Assembly (NCBI GenBank): GCA_964607485.1
Contig: CAZSKP010000003.1
Coordinates: 32,001 to 96,000, forward strand
Origin: an uncultured bacterium
Lineage (GTDB): Bacteria > Abyssobacteria > SURF-5
Reading direction: 5' to 3'
Length of the DNA stretch: 64,000 bases
Positions 1 to 9,187 of this stretch are shown piece by piece; the stretch's first letter is position 1; every line of letters begins with the position of its first letter. The notes under the pieces are model-generated. The model ran no database searches, was not told where the DNA came from, and worked only from the letters and a program-made list of their open reading frames with translations. The position numbers and the translations under genes were made by a program.

Positions 1-1520
1 GAGAAGGTCAGCGCAATTACTCCATTCTCCTTGAGATGATTCCTAGCTTCCTCGAAGCTTTCCAGCGTGTACACGTAGTTGTCCAGTCTCAGGTTGGACA
101 TGCTTGAGAACAGCGCATGCGAGTCGAGCAGGCCATACACGATGATATCGTATTTCCTCTGTGTCTTCTTGAAGTACGACCGGGCGTCCTCGTTCACGAG
201 GCGTACGCGGTCGGACTTGTACGGAAGCTCCGGATGCAGCCTGCCTCCGAGGTCGAGAATGACAGGGTCTATCTCGACAGCGTCGATTCTCTTGACGCCG
301 TGACGCAGAGCGGCCGCCACGTCGTTGCCCGTGCCCGCGCCGACAATCAACACGTCCTCCGCCGGGAACAATTCGTAGATGACATTGTAGGCAAAAGAGG
401 CCGATTTCAATATCGGGGCTTTCTCCTTATAGGTGCTGACGAAGGAGGGCGAGAGGTTTATTATGTTCTGATGGTAATCCTGGTTGACGTCGAGCCTGTA
501 ACCAAGCAGCGTCTCACGACCTTCTCCGCTCGGCGCCTTGACCGGCCAGACATCTATTCGATAATAGGGGGACCAATAGGCGGGTTGAAGAAAGTACGCA
601 AGGAAGATCATGCACGCTCCAAACAGCGCGGCGGTCCCGAGCAAAAAGAACCTTTCGCCCCGAACGAGCCAGAGGAACAGAACAAACCCCACCGCAAACC
701 ACACAATGGGAGTGAAATTAAAGAAAGATATGGCCGAGAATGCCCAGACTCCCACCAGACTTCCCACTATGTTGACCGAATACGCCTCCAGCGGAGCAAA
801 CGAATTCATCAGTCGGCCCGTCAGGTATCCCAACGGAATGAAACACACAACATTGAAGAAGAAGAAGAACAGTATGACGCCGTAGAAAACCAAGCTGTGA
901 AGCGACGGGCCTTCTTTCAGTCCCCATATATATTCCTCCGAAGAACCGGGATAAGAGAGCAGCGGAACAGCGACGGTGGCCACGATCACCAATGAAAGGA
1001 ACAGGCAGAACAATATCGGAAAAGCCAACTGCAGGTGACGGAACCGGTTGACAAGCACAAAACCCAGCCCAAGACCGAGGAAACACGCCATCAACGGAAA
1101 ATTCGTGAAATAAGCGAAAACGCGGAGTTCGGTGGAAAGCCAGCGGATGACCAAGATCTCGAAGTACAGACCCAGGAAACTTATGAGAAACAGACTCAGC
1201 GCCCTTTGAATCCGTCCCTGCTGGTCGAAAAAATTCGTCTGCAGTTCAAGCCGCTGTTTCACGAACGAAGAAAACCGCGCGGGGTTGACCAGGAAGAGCG
1301 CCGAGCAGACAGTCAGCAAGAGCCCGACGAAGAGGAAAAGTGTCCTCAAAGCGGAAATCGTTCGTATCGCGATCGGTTCAAGCGTCCCATCCGGGACGAT
1401 ATTGGCGGCCACAAAATCGGGACTCAGCACCACGCCCGCGACAACTGCGGCGAGCCCGATTCCCCCAACGACCCACCCTCGCCAGAGGGCATGATTTTCA
1501 GCGCGGACGTGGTCTGTCAC
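1..1520 (-). CDS. Membrane-bound spermidine-synthase-like / class I SAM-dependent methyltransferase (3' end runs off the window)
   Basis: Not in the ORF track because it has no stop in the window. Translated by hand from GTG 1520 (RBS AAGGAG upstream): TM region LFLISFLGLYFEILVIRWLSTELRVFAYF, then SAM-binding VLIVGAGTGNDVAAALRHG..IDAVEIDP..DARSYF..YDIIVYGLLDSH. Confidence 0.8.
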   Translation of the reverse strand, partial: MTDHVRAENHALWRGWVVGGIGLAAVVAGVVLSPDFVAANIVPDGTLEPIAIRTISALRTLFLFVGLLLTVCSALFLVNPARFSSFVKQRLELQTNFFDQQGRIQRALSLFLISFLGLYFEILVIRWLSTELRVFAYFTNFPLMACFLGLGLGFVLVNRFRHLQLAFPILFCLFLSLVIVATVAVPLLSYPGSSEEYIWGLKEGPSLHSLVFYGVILFFFFFNVVCFIPLGYLTGRLMNSFAPLEAYSVNIVGSLVGVWAFSAISFFNFTPIVWFAVGFVLFLWLVRGERFFLLGTAALFGACMIFLAYFLQPAYWSPYYRIDVWPVKAPSGEGRETLLGYRLDVNQDYHQNIINLSPSFVSTYKEKAPILKSASFAYNVIYELFPAEDVLIVGAGTGNDVAAALRHGVKRIDAVEIDPVILDLGGRLHPELPYKSDRVRLVNEDARSYFKKTQRKYDIIVYGLLDSHALFSSMSNLRLDNYVYTLESFEEARNHLKENGVIALTF

Positions 1521-1667
1521 TTAAATATCTCCTTGAAGCAACGTATTGTATCATTCGCGTCCGACAGCGTCAAGCGCTCGCCGGGCGAGAGACTCAGGTC
1601 CCGGGTCGAGAGATTTGTGCACGAACGACACGAAGAACTGCGGAGGAATGAGAGCTGCGGTTTACGA

Positions 1668-2453
1668 CTACTTTCCTTTGAACTCGGGCTTGCGTTTTTC
1701 GGTGAAGGCGCGGACGCCTTCCTTCTGGTCTTCGGTGGCGAACAGCATGGCGAATGCCTCGCGTTCGAGCGCGAGCGCCGACGGCAGGTCCCTGCCGGCT
1801 CCCATGTTCATCGCCATTTTGGCCAGTCTCAGGCCGAACGGCGGCCTTTGAATGAGCTTTGCCGCCAGCTTCTTGGCCTCGTCGAGGAGCTTGTCAACGG
1901 GAACGACGGCATTGACGAGACCGAGCCGCTCTGCTTCCTCGGCTCCGATAAATTCACCCACCATGACGAGCTCCTTCGCCTTGGTCATTCCGATGAGGCG
2001 CGGGAGCCTCTGCGTGCCGCCCGAGCCGGGGATAAGGCCCACGCGGATTTCGGGCTGGCCGAACTGCGCCGTGTCGGCGGCGATTCTCAGGTCGCAACAC
2101 ATCGCGAGCTCGCAGCCGCCTCCGAGCGCATAACCGGCGATGGCCGCTATGACGGGCTTGCCGATCTGCTCGATGTAATCGAATGGGTTGTTCTGGGCAA
2201 AGCGCGCTTTGAAGACCTGCACGACGTCGAGGCCTCCTGCGGCCATGGCCTCGAGGTCGGCGCCCGCCGCGAAGACGGTGTTGCCGCCCGTGAGGATGAT
2301 GACGCGAACCGACTCGTCTTTATCCGCCTCGCGGAGTGCGGCGTAGAGCTCTTCGATCAGCTTCGGGCTGAGCGCATTCAGCTTTTCGGGTCGGTTCAGC
2401 GTTATTACCGCAATCTGCTCGCTTTTTTCGTAAATGATGGTCTCGAATGCCAT
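1668..2453 (-). CDS. Enoyl-CoA hydratase/isomerase (crotonase) family protein
   Basis: ITLNRPEKLNAL, FAAGADL, GYALGGGCELAMCCD, FGQPEIRVGLIPGSGGTQRL; start moved to ATG 2453 (MAFETIIYEK). Confidence 0.93.
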   Translation of the reverse strand: MAFETIIYEKSEQIAVITLNRPEKLNALSPKLIEELYAALREADKDESVRVIILTGGNTVFAAGADLEAMAAGGLDVVQVFKARFAQNNPFDYIEQIGKPVIAAIAGYALGGGCELAMCCDLRIAADTAQFGQPEIRVGLIPGSGGTQRLPRLIGMTKAKELVMVGEFIGAEEAERLGLVNAVVPVDKLLDEAKKLAAKLIQRPPFGLRLAKMAMNMGAGRDLPSALALEREAFAMLFATEDQKEGVRAFTEKRKPEFKGK

Positions 2454-2508
2454 GATCGCGTGGGTTTCCGGCCTGCGCCGGGGCAATCGCGTGCGAGATG
2501 GTTGCCGT

Positions 2509-2541
2509 AAAAAGTGGGAGGGGAAGCGTTGCTTCCCCTCC
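2509..2541 (-). terminator. Intrinsic terminator after the SCP2 gene
   Basis: On the minus strand, an 11-bp stem GGAGGGGAAGC-AAC-GCTTCCCCTCC followed by CACTTTTT. Confidence 0.75.
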
Positions 2542-2555
2542 GCTCTCAGCCGTTG

Positions 2556-2876
2556 TTACAGGAACAAGGTTTTCAGCTTCATCGCCAGGCTCATGTCGCC
2601 CTTAACTTTGAGCTTGCCGCTCATGAATGCCATTTGGCCGTCGAGCTTTCCGTTGACGATGTCCAGCCAATCCTTGGCACCCACAGTGATGGTGATGTTG
2701 GGCGAAGCGTGCGCTCCTTCCTTCACCGAGCACTTGCCGTCGGCGATCTCGGCATGCCATTTTCCGCCGCCTTCACCAGTGACGTCCCACTGGTACACGG
2801 CCTTCATACCGGCTGCCTTGTCGGCTTTGAAGTTCCCTTCCATTGAGTCAAAGGATTCCTTCACTGATTCGGCCAT
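2556..2876 (-). CDS. SCP2 sterol/lipid-binding domain protein
   Basis: 106 aa; C-terminal GKLDGQMAFMSGKLKVKGDMSLAMKL is the SCP2 signature; strong RBS GGAGGTG. Confidence 0.92.
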   Translation of the reverse strand: MAESVKESFDSMEGNFKADKAAGMKAVYQWDVTGEGGGKWHAEIADGKCSVKEGAHASPNITITVGAKDWLDIVNGKLDGQMAFMSGKLKVKGDMSLAMKLKTLFL

Positions 2877-3129
2877 TCGGATTCACCTCCTTTCATTTTC
2901 TAGTCTTCCCCACGGGCCACGATGCCGCCCACTGCGGGCTTTCAACTCTTCCCGCGGGTGCTTGGAAATCGGGACATCGGGCTCGACCTCACCCATTCCT
3001 AAGCCCCGTGTCCAATACTTGTGTGCATTCGAGCGGCTGCGGTTTTGCGCCTCTTTCATCCATGCTTCAACGTGCTCTGGGCCGCTTCTTCGCGGCGTGG
3101 ACCTTTCCGACCGCAGCCGGATACTGAGC

Positions 3130-3159
3130 ACTATATCAGACGTTTCCTCATTTTGCCAA
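3130..3159 (-). promoter_or_regulatory. Putative sigma70 promoter about 250 nt upstream of the SCP2 gene
   Basis: TTGGCA-18nt-TATAGT on the minus strand. Confidence 0.45.
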
Positions 3160-3222
3160 TCGCGTCGCCGACGAACGACGAGGTTGCGGCTCTGTCCGGT
3201 CCCGTTCTTGTGTCTTCGTTCA

Positions 3223-4938
3223 TCACGCCAGCCCACGCATCTTGAGTATGGCTTTCATGTTGGTGGGCACGATGTCGTCAACGTCAATTCGCGCATCCAC
3301 GACCGCAAGTTTTCCGCAGGCCATCGCCTCCTTCAGCACCGGTTCGATTTGCTCGGGCGTCTCTATGATGTATCCTGCCGCGCCGAAGCTCTCGGCCAGC
3401 TTGGAGAAATCGGGGTTCTCGTACTCGCTTCCATATACCCTGCCGCCATATAGTATTTGCTGGCTGTAGCGGAGCGCGCGGTAGCTGTTGTCGTTGAGGA
3501 TGAGTATGGTGGCGACCACTCCTTCCCGGACTCCGGTCTCGATATCCTGGATGGTCATCATGAAATCGCCGTCGCCCAGTATGGAGAGAACGGGTCGTTC
3601 GGGCTTGACGATTTTCGAGGCGAGCGCCGCGGGAAAGCCGAATCCCATGGCCCCGAAATTATTGGGAGCGATGAAGGACCGCGGGCCTCGTATCTGGATA
3701 AAGTCGCATACATACACCGCGTTGAGTCCGGCGCCGCAGGCGAAGATGGCGTCTTCGGGAGCGAGGTCGGAAAGCGTTCTCAGCACCCGCCCGGGCGAGA
3801 GCGGAACCTTGTCGGATGAGATCGCCGCTTCGAGTTGCTCCTCCCATTGTTCCTTCACGGGAAGGAGCGAATCCATCCAGTCGTCGGATTTTTCGACCGG
3901 GTGGGCATTCAGCATTTCCACGAGTCTCGCCAGAAAATCGCCGGCGTCGGCGTTTATCGAATGAAGGTCCAACTTATAGGAAACCGGAAGCGCACGAAGG
4001 GCGGCGGGGTCGGCATTCACTATCACAATTTTTCCGCACAGGTCGGCGGAGTACTCGTAGGTGGTGAGGTCGGACAGGCAGCATCCGAGCCCGAGAATCA
4101 GGTCGGCCTGCTCCATCGCCGCGTCGGCTACCGGATTGCCTCCTCCGAAGCCGGTGCGACCGAGGCAGAGCCGGTGCGTCTCGGGAAGCGCGCCTCTTCC
4201 GTTGCCGGTGGTGGCCACGCGGACGTTTGCACGTTCCGCGAACCGACGAAGACGGTCAGCGGCTTCCGACTCGAAGATTCCCGCACCCGCCAGCACGACC
4301 GGCCGCGCGGATTCCTTGAAAAGGCGCAATACTTCTTGCACGTCGGCGTCGGCCACAGCTTTCGGAGGCGGAGCCGCGATGTCGATGGAGTCAAGGTCCG
4401 CCTCTCCCTCGGCCTGCCAGAAGTTCTCGGGCATCTCTATGAGAACCGGCCCCTTCGCCGGTGTCATGGCGATACGGTAGGCGGAGCAGAAGACCGAGGG
4501 GATGCTTGCCACGCTATCGACCCGGAAGACAGCCTTGCACACGGGTTCAAAAAGCCTGCAATGGTCCACCTCGAGCATGCCGTCGGTGCCCTTGAGGGCG
4601 GTTCTCACAGCGCCGGAGATGATGATGAGGGGAGAGCAGTCCTTGTATGCGTTGGCGGCGCTTATCATCGCGTTGAGCGCGCCCGGTCCGGAGTGAACCA
4701 GACATATGCCGGGTCTGCCCGTGAGGCGGCCTTCGGTGTCGGCCATGCTCGCCGCGACCTGCTCGTGTCGGGTGGTGATGTAGCGAATCTCCTCGCGTTT
4801 ATCGTAGAGCGCGTTGACGAAGGCGAAATTGGAGGTGCCGATGATTCCGTAGATTCTCTTGGTTTGTGCTGCTTCGAGACATGCGATGAGCGCCTGTGCT
4901 CCGGAGATAGAGGTCAGTTTCCCTGCCGTCTTGGTCAT
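3223..4938 (-). CDS. Thiamine-diphosphate-dependent enzyme, acetolactate synthase large-subunit family
   Basis: TRHEQVAASMAD, SGPGALN, FGAMGFGFPAA and the ThDP motif GDGDFMM...ILNDNSY; start moved to ATG 4938. Confidence 0.88.
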   Translation of the reverse strand: MTKTAGKLTSISGAQALIACLEAAQTKRIYGIIGTSNFAFVNALYDKREEIRYITTRHEQVAASMADTEGRLTGRPGICLVHSGPGALNAMISAANAYKDCSPLIIISGAVRTALKGTDGMLEVDHCRLFEPVCKAVFRVDSVASIPSVFCSAYRIAMTPAKGPVLIEMPENFWQAEGEADLDSIDIAAPPPKAVADADVQEVLRLFKESARPVVLAGAGIFESEAADRLRRFAERANVRVATTGNGRGALPETHRLCLGRTGFGGGNPVADAAMEQADLILGLGCCLSDLTTYEYSADLCGKIVIVNADPAALRALPVSYKLDLHSINADAGDFLARLVEMLNAHPVEKSDDWMDSLLPVKEQWEEQLEAAISSDKVPLSPGRVLRTLSDLAPEDAIFACGAGLNAVYVCDFIQIRGPRSFIAPNNFGAMGFGFPAALASKIVKPERPVLSILGDGDFMMTIQDIETGVREGVVATILILNDNSYRALRYSQQILYGGRVYGSEYENPDFSKLAESFGAAGYIIETPEQIEPVLKEAMACGKLAVVDARIDVDDIVPTNMKAILKMRGLA

Positions 4939-5031
4939 TGTGGCTCCCTCTGAACCCAAGCAGCGAGGCGCGAAGGCGGTTTGATGCGGGAGAGATTTTA
5001 AATTGGCCAGCCAGTCAACCACGCGTCGAAG

Positions 5032-5060
5032 AATATATCACATGCCCCACTACTTGTCAA
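5032..5060 (-). promoter_or_regulatory. sigma70 promoter of the ThDP enzyme gene
   Basis: TTGACA-17nt-TATATT on the minus strand. Confidence 0.65.
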
Positions 5061-5174
5061 GCCCTTTTTGACCGAGACCGAGCGGGGGATTGCATTGGCA
5101 GGCGATATTCTCCCGGGTGGCGCGTCCTCGTATCGGGCGACCGACCCGTCACAGAGCGAGAAACAGGGCTCAAC

Positions 5175-6596
5175 TTATGAATCGGATTTAACGGTCGCAA
5201 AGATTGGCACAACCAGTCGCGTGCTCGTTGTGGCGATAACCAGCTTGTCCTCGATCTGCCGTTCCGGCGGCTCGGGAAGAAACTCGACGATGACCTCATA
5301 CTTCTTTCCCGGCTCCACAGGAGAGTGAGAGACGCGAAAACTCGGGTCGGGGAGGGAGACCGACTCGATGTCGAAGGTGGACGCGGTGCTGGAGACGATG
5401 AGCTTCCGATGGACGGGTGTGCCCGGGGCGCAGGAGCCGAAGTTGATCTGCTGGGGGGAGACCGATACGGCGCCCGTGACCGTCCCTTTCACGGGCAGTT
5501 GCAGCCTGGAGTAGTCCTTGTAGAATCCCGATTTCTTGCCGGTTATCGCTCCGAGTTTGGAGAGATTCTCGTAATTGGTGTAGATCTTGACGACTTCATT
5601 GAACTTGCCGACCGGCATATCGGGTCCGACGACGATTGTGAGCAAATACCCTTTCTGTTTCCCCTCCAGCGGAGAGGTCGTCACGGAGATGTTGGGTGAG
5701 GAAGTAGCGATGTCCGTGATAACCAGTTCCTTTCTGCCTCCCTGAATCAGTTTTGCCTCGGCGGATGCCGGCTTGCCCAACTGGACGTTGGGCATGAGGA
5801 CGACTTCCGGCTCAAGCACGGCCTCGTCTATTATCTCCGCGGCAACGGTCAGGTACGTCACGGGTTCATCGGGGTCGTTTGTGACGATCTCGAGAGACTT
5901 GAATGGAGTCTTCCCTTCATACTTGTACGCTTCCAGCCTCGCCACGATCTCGGCCGAGCCTCCGGGCGGCACTTCCCACGCGGAGGGCGTCGCAGTAAGG
6001 CACAGGCACTTCGTTTCGATGCTGTAGATTTTCAACGGTTTCCTTCCGAGGTTTCGGAGGGGGAATGTGTGCTCGATCATTTGGCTGCGCCCGATGGTGC
6101 CGAAATCGACGGTCTTATGATCATAACTGATGTCGGGGGCATTGGCGACTGCGGGCTTGGCACCAGTGCGCTCTCCGACTACTTTCGCGACCAGCTTGAT
6201 AGGTGTGCGCGGCTGGGCGGGGTCGTTGCTGAGCACATAGGCGACCTGCGATACCGGGCCGGAGAATTGGCGGATGTCCATCGTTATTTTCAGCATGGCT
6301 CTCTCGCCGCCCCTGATTCTTTCCCGGGGTATGATGGCATAGCTGAAACCTTCGGGAAGTTCGATGTCGTCCACTACCAGCGGTTCTTTTCCCAGGTTTT
6401 TCGCCGTCAGCGACACATCGTGGAACGCAATCGGGTCGTCCGCCGGTATGCTGCCGAAATCGGCCTCGGCCGGTTCGATTGACAGCTTCGCATTCTCAGA
6501 GAGAGGTTTTTCGGAGCATGAGAAAGAGAGCAAGGCCAAGGAAAATACCGCGAGGGATATGAGGAGCAGGTGCGATTTGAATCTCGTGAACGTCAT
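5175..6596 (-). CDS. Putative lipoprotein with tandem Ig-like DUF1573/ASPM-SPD-2-Hydin-like domains
   Basis: Lipobox-like LLSFSC after a hydrophobic stretch; repeated DFGxI...NxGxxPLxI...CxC..T...IxPG...SNDP motifs; start MTFTRF is inferred. Confidence 0.72.
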   Translation of the reverse strand: MTFTRFKSHLLLISLAVFSLALLSFSCSEKPLSENAKLSIEPAEADFGSIPADDPIAFHDVSLTAKNLGKEPLVVDDIELPEGFSYAIIPRERIRGGERAMLKITMDIRQFSGPVSQVAYVLSNDPAQPRTPIKLVAKVVGERTGAKPAVANAPDISYDHKTVDFGTIGRSQMIEHTFPLRNLGRKPLKIYSIETKCLCLTATPSAWEVPPGGSAEIVARLEAYKYEGKTPFKSLEIVTNDPDEPVTYLTVAAEIIDEAVLEPEVVLMPNVQLGKPASAEAKLIQGGRKELVITDIATSSPNISVTTSPLEGKQKGYLLTIVVGPDMPVGKFNEVVKIYTNYENLSKLGAITGKKSGFYKDYSRLQLPVKGTVTGAVSVSPQQINFGSCAPGTPVHRKLIVSSTASTFDIESVSLPDPSFRVSHSPVEPGKKYEVIVEFLPEPPERQIEDKLVIATTSTRLVVPIFATVKSDS

Positions 6597-6642
6597 GGTC
6601 GAAAAGGGGAGGGGAAAAGTGCCTCTCCACCGGATGAGCATC

Positions 6643-7404
6643 TCATTCGCGAACCGCGGCGGCCTCTTTTTCGCTCCACCAATCTGCCCAGTCATCCTTG
6701 TTCGGCCCCAGCGACTCACCCGTTATCCGGTTGAGCGCGACAAGCGACGCCGAACGGACCTGATAGTCCCTATCCTCCAGCGAGTCAATAAGAGGTGGCA
6801 CGGCCTTTTCGTTTCCTATTTCGCCGAGGGAGTTGGCAGCGGTCCGTCTTGCAACCGGATAAGAGTCCTTTTCCAGAATCTCGATGAGAGGCATCACCGC
6901 GCCGTCGCGGCCCAGAGTGCCCAGGACGAGCGCCGCCTGGCAGCGGGTGAAGTTGTCCTCATCGTCAAGCACCAAAATAATGGCCGGCACAGTTTCAATC
7001 GCGCCGAGGTAGCCAAGTGCCACGAGGGCCGCCCTTCTCACGATTGGCTCTTCGTCGCCCAGCATGGGCTCAAGATGCGGTATCACGCGCGGGTTTTCTG
7101 AATACTGCAGGAGGTTTGCCGCGAACGCGCGTATCCGAGCGTCTTCATGCTGCAACGCCTCGACAAGAACGGGCACATTTTGCCGGCCGATGCCCCGAAT
7201 CTCGTAGAAGATGCCTATTCTCTCCTGGTATCCGGCAGTCTTCGACCTCTCGAGCAGCTTCCATATTCTGCTCTCGACTTCGGGACTGACCTCTATTGTC
7301 TCCGGGTCCTCCGACGTCCACCCGCGCTGCAAATACCATAAGCCGGCCCAAACGAACGCCACGGCCGCCACAGTCACTAAGATTTTCTGTGAAAAACTGG
7401 ACAT
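6643..7404 (-). CDS. Membrane-anchored HEAT-repeat (PBS lyase-like) protein
   Basis: N-terminal TM helix; repeats LxDEdxxVRxxAxxALGxLG; ends with WADWW. Confidence 0.85.
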   Translation of the reverse strand: MSSFSQKILVTVAAVAFVWAGLWYLQRGWTSEDPETIEVSPEVESRIWKLLERSKTAGYQERIGIFYEIRGIGRQNVPVLVEALQHEDARIRAFAANLLQYSENPRVIPHLEPMLGDEEPIVRRAALVALGYLGAIETVPAIILVLDDEDNFTRCQAALVLGTLGRDGAVMPLIEILEKDSYPVARRTAANSLGEIGNEKAVPPLIDSLEDRDYQVRSASLVALNRITGESLGPNKDDWADWWSEKEAAAVRE

Positions 7405-7462
7405 GCGGTGTCCTCTTCGGCTGGCTGCAAATCAGCGCGCGTAGCACATCGAAGCATTTAAA

Positions 7463-7491
7463 ATTCTAGCACAGCTCCGCCATGCTGTCAA
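7463..7491 (-). promoter_or_regulatory. sigma70 promoter of the HEAT/DUF1573 genes
   Basis: TTGACA-17nt-TAGAAT on the minus strand. Confidence 0.7.
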
Positions 7492-7589
7492 TGGCGCATT
7501 CGGCGCAGGAGAAGAGGGCTCACGTCGTTTTATTGAGGAGATGGAGCGTGCCGCCGGTTCAGACTGGGCCACAGGGCTGAAGCAGAGAC

Positions 7590-7630
7590 GAAAACGGCGA
7601 CTTCGCCTTGACGCTAAGTCGCCTGTTTTC
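7590..7630. terminator. Hairpin just downstream of the tRNA (terminator or processing stem)
   Basis: GAAAAC-GGCGACTT ... AAGTCGCC-T-GTTTTC inverted repeat. Confidence 0.45.
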
Positions 7631-7645
7631 AGCGCGTTATTCTAG

Positions 7646-7719
7646 TGGGCCCAGTAGGACTTGAACCTACGACCCGCTGATTATGAGTCAGCTGCTCTAA
7701 CCAACTGAGCTATGGGCCC
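7646..7719 (-). tRNA. tRNA with CAT anticodon, most likely tRNA-Ile2 (lysidine-modified); CCA not encoded
   Basis: GGGCCCATAGCTCAGTTGGTTAGAGCAGCTGACTCATAATCAGCGGGTCGTAGGTTCAAGTCCTACTGGGCCCA folds as a cloverleaf. The acceptor stem is fully paired (not initiator) and the sequence resembles Ile2 tRNAs more than elongator Met. Confidence 0.92.
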
Positions 7720-7728
7720 TCACTCCCT

Positions 7729-7757
7729 AGTCTATTCGTTCGAGCCTCGTTTGTCAA
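7729..7757 (-). promoter_or_regulatory. sigma70 promoter of the tRNA
   Basis: TTGACA-17nt-TAGACT about 10 nt upstream of the tRNA 5' end. Confidence 0.7.
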
Positions 7758-7901
7758 CCTCGCAGCCGTGGCAGGCGTGAGGTTTGACGTGTAGGCCTGT
7801 TTCGTGCTAGCCTATACTCCATTCATTCCGCCGATCCGGGACAAGATCGTCGGTAATATATCTTAATGAGAACGAACCGCTGAAGAAACAGGAGGTCGGA
7901 G

Positions 7902-9086
7902 TTGACGAAGAAGAAGGAATCGAGAAGTGGTGAATCAACAACCGCCGTCCACGGCGGCGAGAGAAGGTGGCGCGGCTCCATCACGACGCCCATTGTGCAA
8001 ACCTCCACGTTCGTGTTCAAGAACATGGAGGAGGTGGCCCAATACACGTCGGGGAAGAAGAGCCACTATGAATACGGCAGGTATGGAAACCCGACGCAGG
8101 AAGCCGCGGAGAAAAAGCTCGCGCTGCTCGAAGGCGCCGAACATTGTCTGCTGTTTGACTGCGGAATGAGCGCGATAAGTGCAACCGTGTTCGCGTTGAT
8201 GAAATCGGGCGACCACATCATTTTGACGGACGACGCCTACAAACAGACGCTCAATTTCGCCGAAAATTTTCTCCCCCGTTTCGGGATAGAGGTGTCCGTC
8301 GTGCCGATGGGCAACTACGAAGCCATGGAGAAGGCGATACGCAAGAACACCGTGCTCCTGTTCTCGGAATCGCCCACCAATCCGTACCTCAACATCGCGG
8401 ACATGGAACGAGTCGCCGGGATGGGCCGAAAAAACAAGGTGATCACGGCGATAGACAGCACGTTCGGCAGCCCGTACAATCAAAAACCGCTCGAGTCGGG
8501 CATCGACATCGTGATTCACAGCGGCACGAAATTCCTCGCGGGCCACAACGATATATTGTCGGGTGCCGTGATGACGGGCCGGAAATACTTTGAGCGCATC
8601 AAGGATTTCCAGAAGATGACAGGCGGCGTGCCCGACCCCAACTCGTGCTTCCTGCTGCTGCGCGGCCTGAAGACATTTTCGCTGAGAATGGAGCGGCAGA
8701 ACCAGACCGCCACCGAGGTGGCCATACATCTGGAAAAGCATCCGAAGATCAAGCGGGTGTACTACCCCGCCCTGCCGAGCCATCGGCACCACGAGCTCGC
8801 AAAGAAACAGATGCGTGGGTTCGGCGGAGTAGTCACGTTCGAGGTGAACGGAGACCTGGAGCAGACACTGAAGTTCCTCGATGCACTCAAGCTGTGCCTG
8901 ATCGCGCCGAGCTTGGGCGGACCCGAATCGCTGATCACGCATCCGGCCACCGTGACCTACTACACGATGACGCGGGAAGAACGAATCGCCATCGGAGTGC
9001 TCGACGAGTTGGTTCGGCTGGCCGTCGGCTTCGAGGACCCCGAGGACATCATCGCCGACCTCGACCAGGCGCTGAAAGGCGTCTAG
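7902..9086 (+). CDS. metB: PLP-dependent trans-sulfuration enzyme (cystathionine gamma-synthase / methionine gamma-lyase family)
   Basis: YGRYGNPT, ESPTNP, PLP lysine motif HSGTKFLAGHND, SLGGPESL, VRLAVGFED; RBS AGGAGG. The exact specificity, and so the symbol, is tentative. Confidence 0.85.
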   Translation: MTKKKESRSGESTTAVHGGERRWRGSITTPIVQTSTFVFKNMEEVAQYTSGKKSHYEYGRYGNPTQEAAEKKLALLEGAEHCLLFDCGMSAISATVFALMKSGDHIILTDDAYKQTLNFAENFLPRFGIEVSVVPMGNYEAMEKAIRKNTVLLFSESPTNPYLNIADMERVAGMGRKNKVITAIDSTFGSPYNQKPLESGIDIVIHSGTKFLAGHNDILSGAVMTGRKYFERIKDFQKMTGGVPDPNSCFLLLRGLKTFSLRMERQNQTATEVAIHLEKHPKIKRVYYPALPSHRHHELAKKQMRGFGGVVTFEVNGDLEQTLKFLDALKLCLIAPSLGGPESLITHPATVTYYTMTREERIAIGVLDELVRLAVGFEDPEDIIADLDQALKGV

Positions 9087-9187
9087 CGTATCAAGACGCG
9101 GCGAGAATCCCTACCACTGCAGAAGCCGGGCGTAAGCTATGTCCATTCATCCGCTGGATTTCCCATACAGTCACAGAGGTGATGCGC

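Noticed and set aside
117..2510. Long plus-strand ORFs (292 aa and 491 aa), and similar antisense ORFs elsewhere (e.g. 42543-44006, 48487-49755, 46879-48060)
   Set aside because: They are shadows of well-supported genes on the opposite strand in GC-rich DNA and contain no recognisable motifs.
2883..3236. 117-aa minus-strand ORF between the ThDP enzyme and SCP2 genes
   Set aside because: Arg-rich with no motif, and it spans a promoter and RNA-like stems; a non-coding leader explains the region better.
7500..7610. Possible integrase remnant (RLGH in one frame) beside the tRNA 3' end
   Set aside because: A four-residue match in a short frame is expected by chance; no other recombinase motifs or att duplication were seen.
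7800..7900. SAM riboswitch or T-box expected upstream of the trans-sulfuration gene
   Set aside because: The leader is short and shows none of the conserved S-box or T-box sequence elements.
8645..9187. N-terminal extension of the 449-aa GDPD ORF overlapping the PLP enzyme gene
   Set aside because: The extension is an alternate-frame read-through of the upstream gene; the GDPD domain and RBS begin at about 9188.
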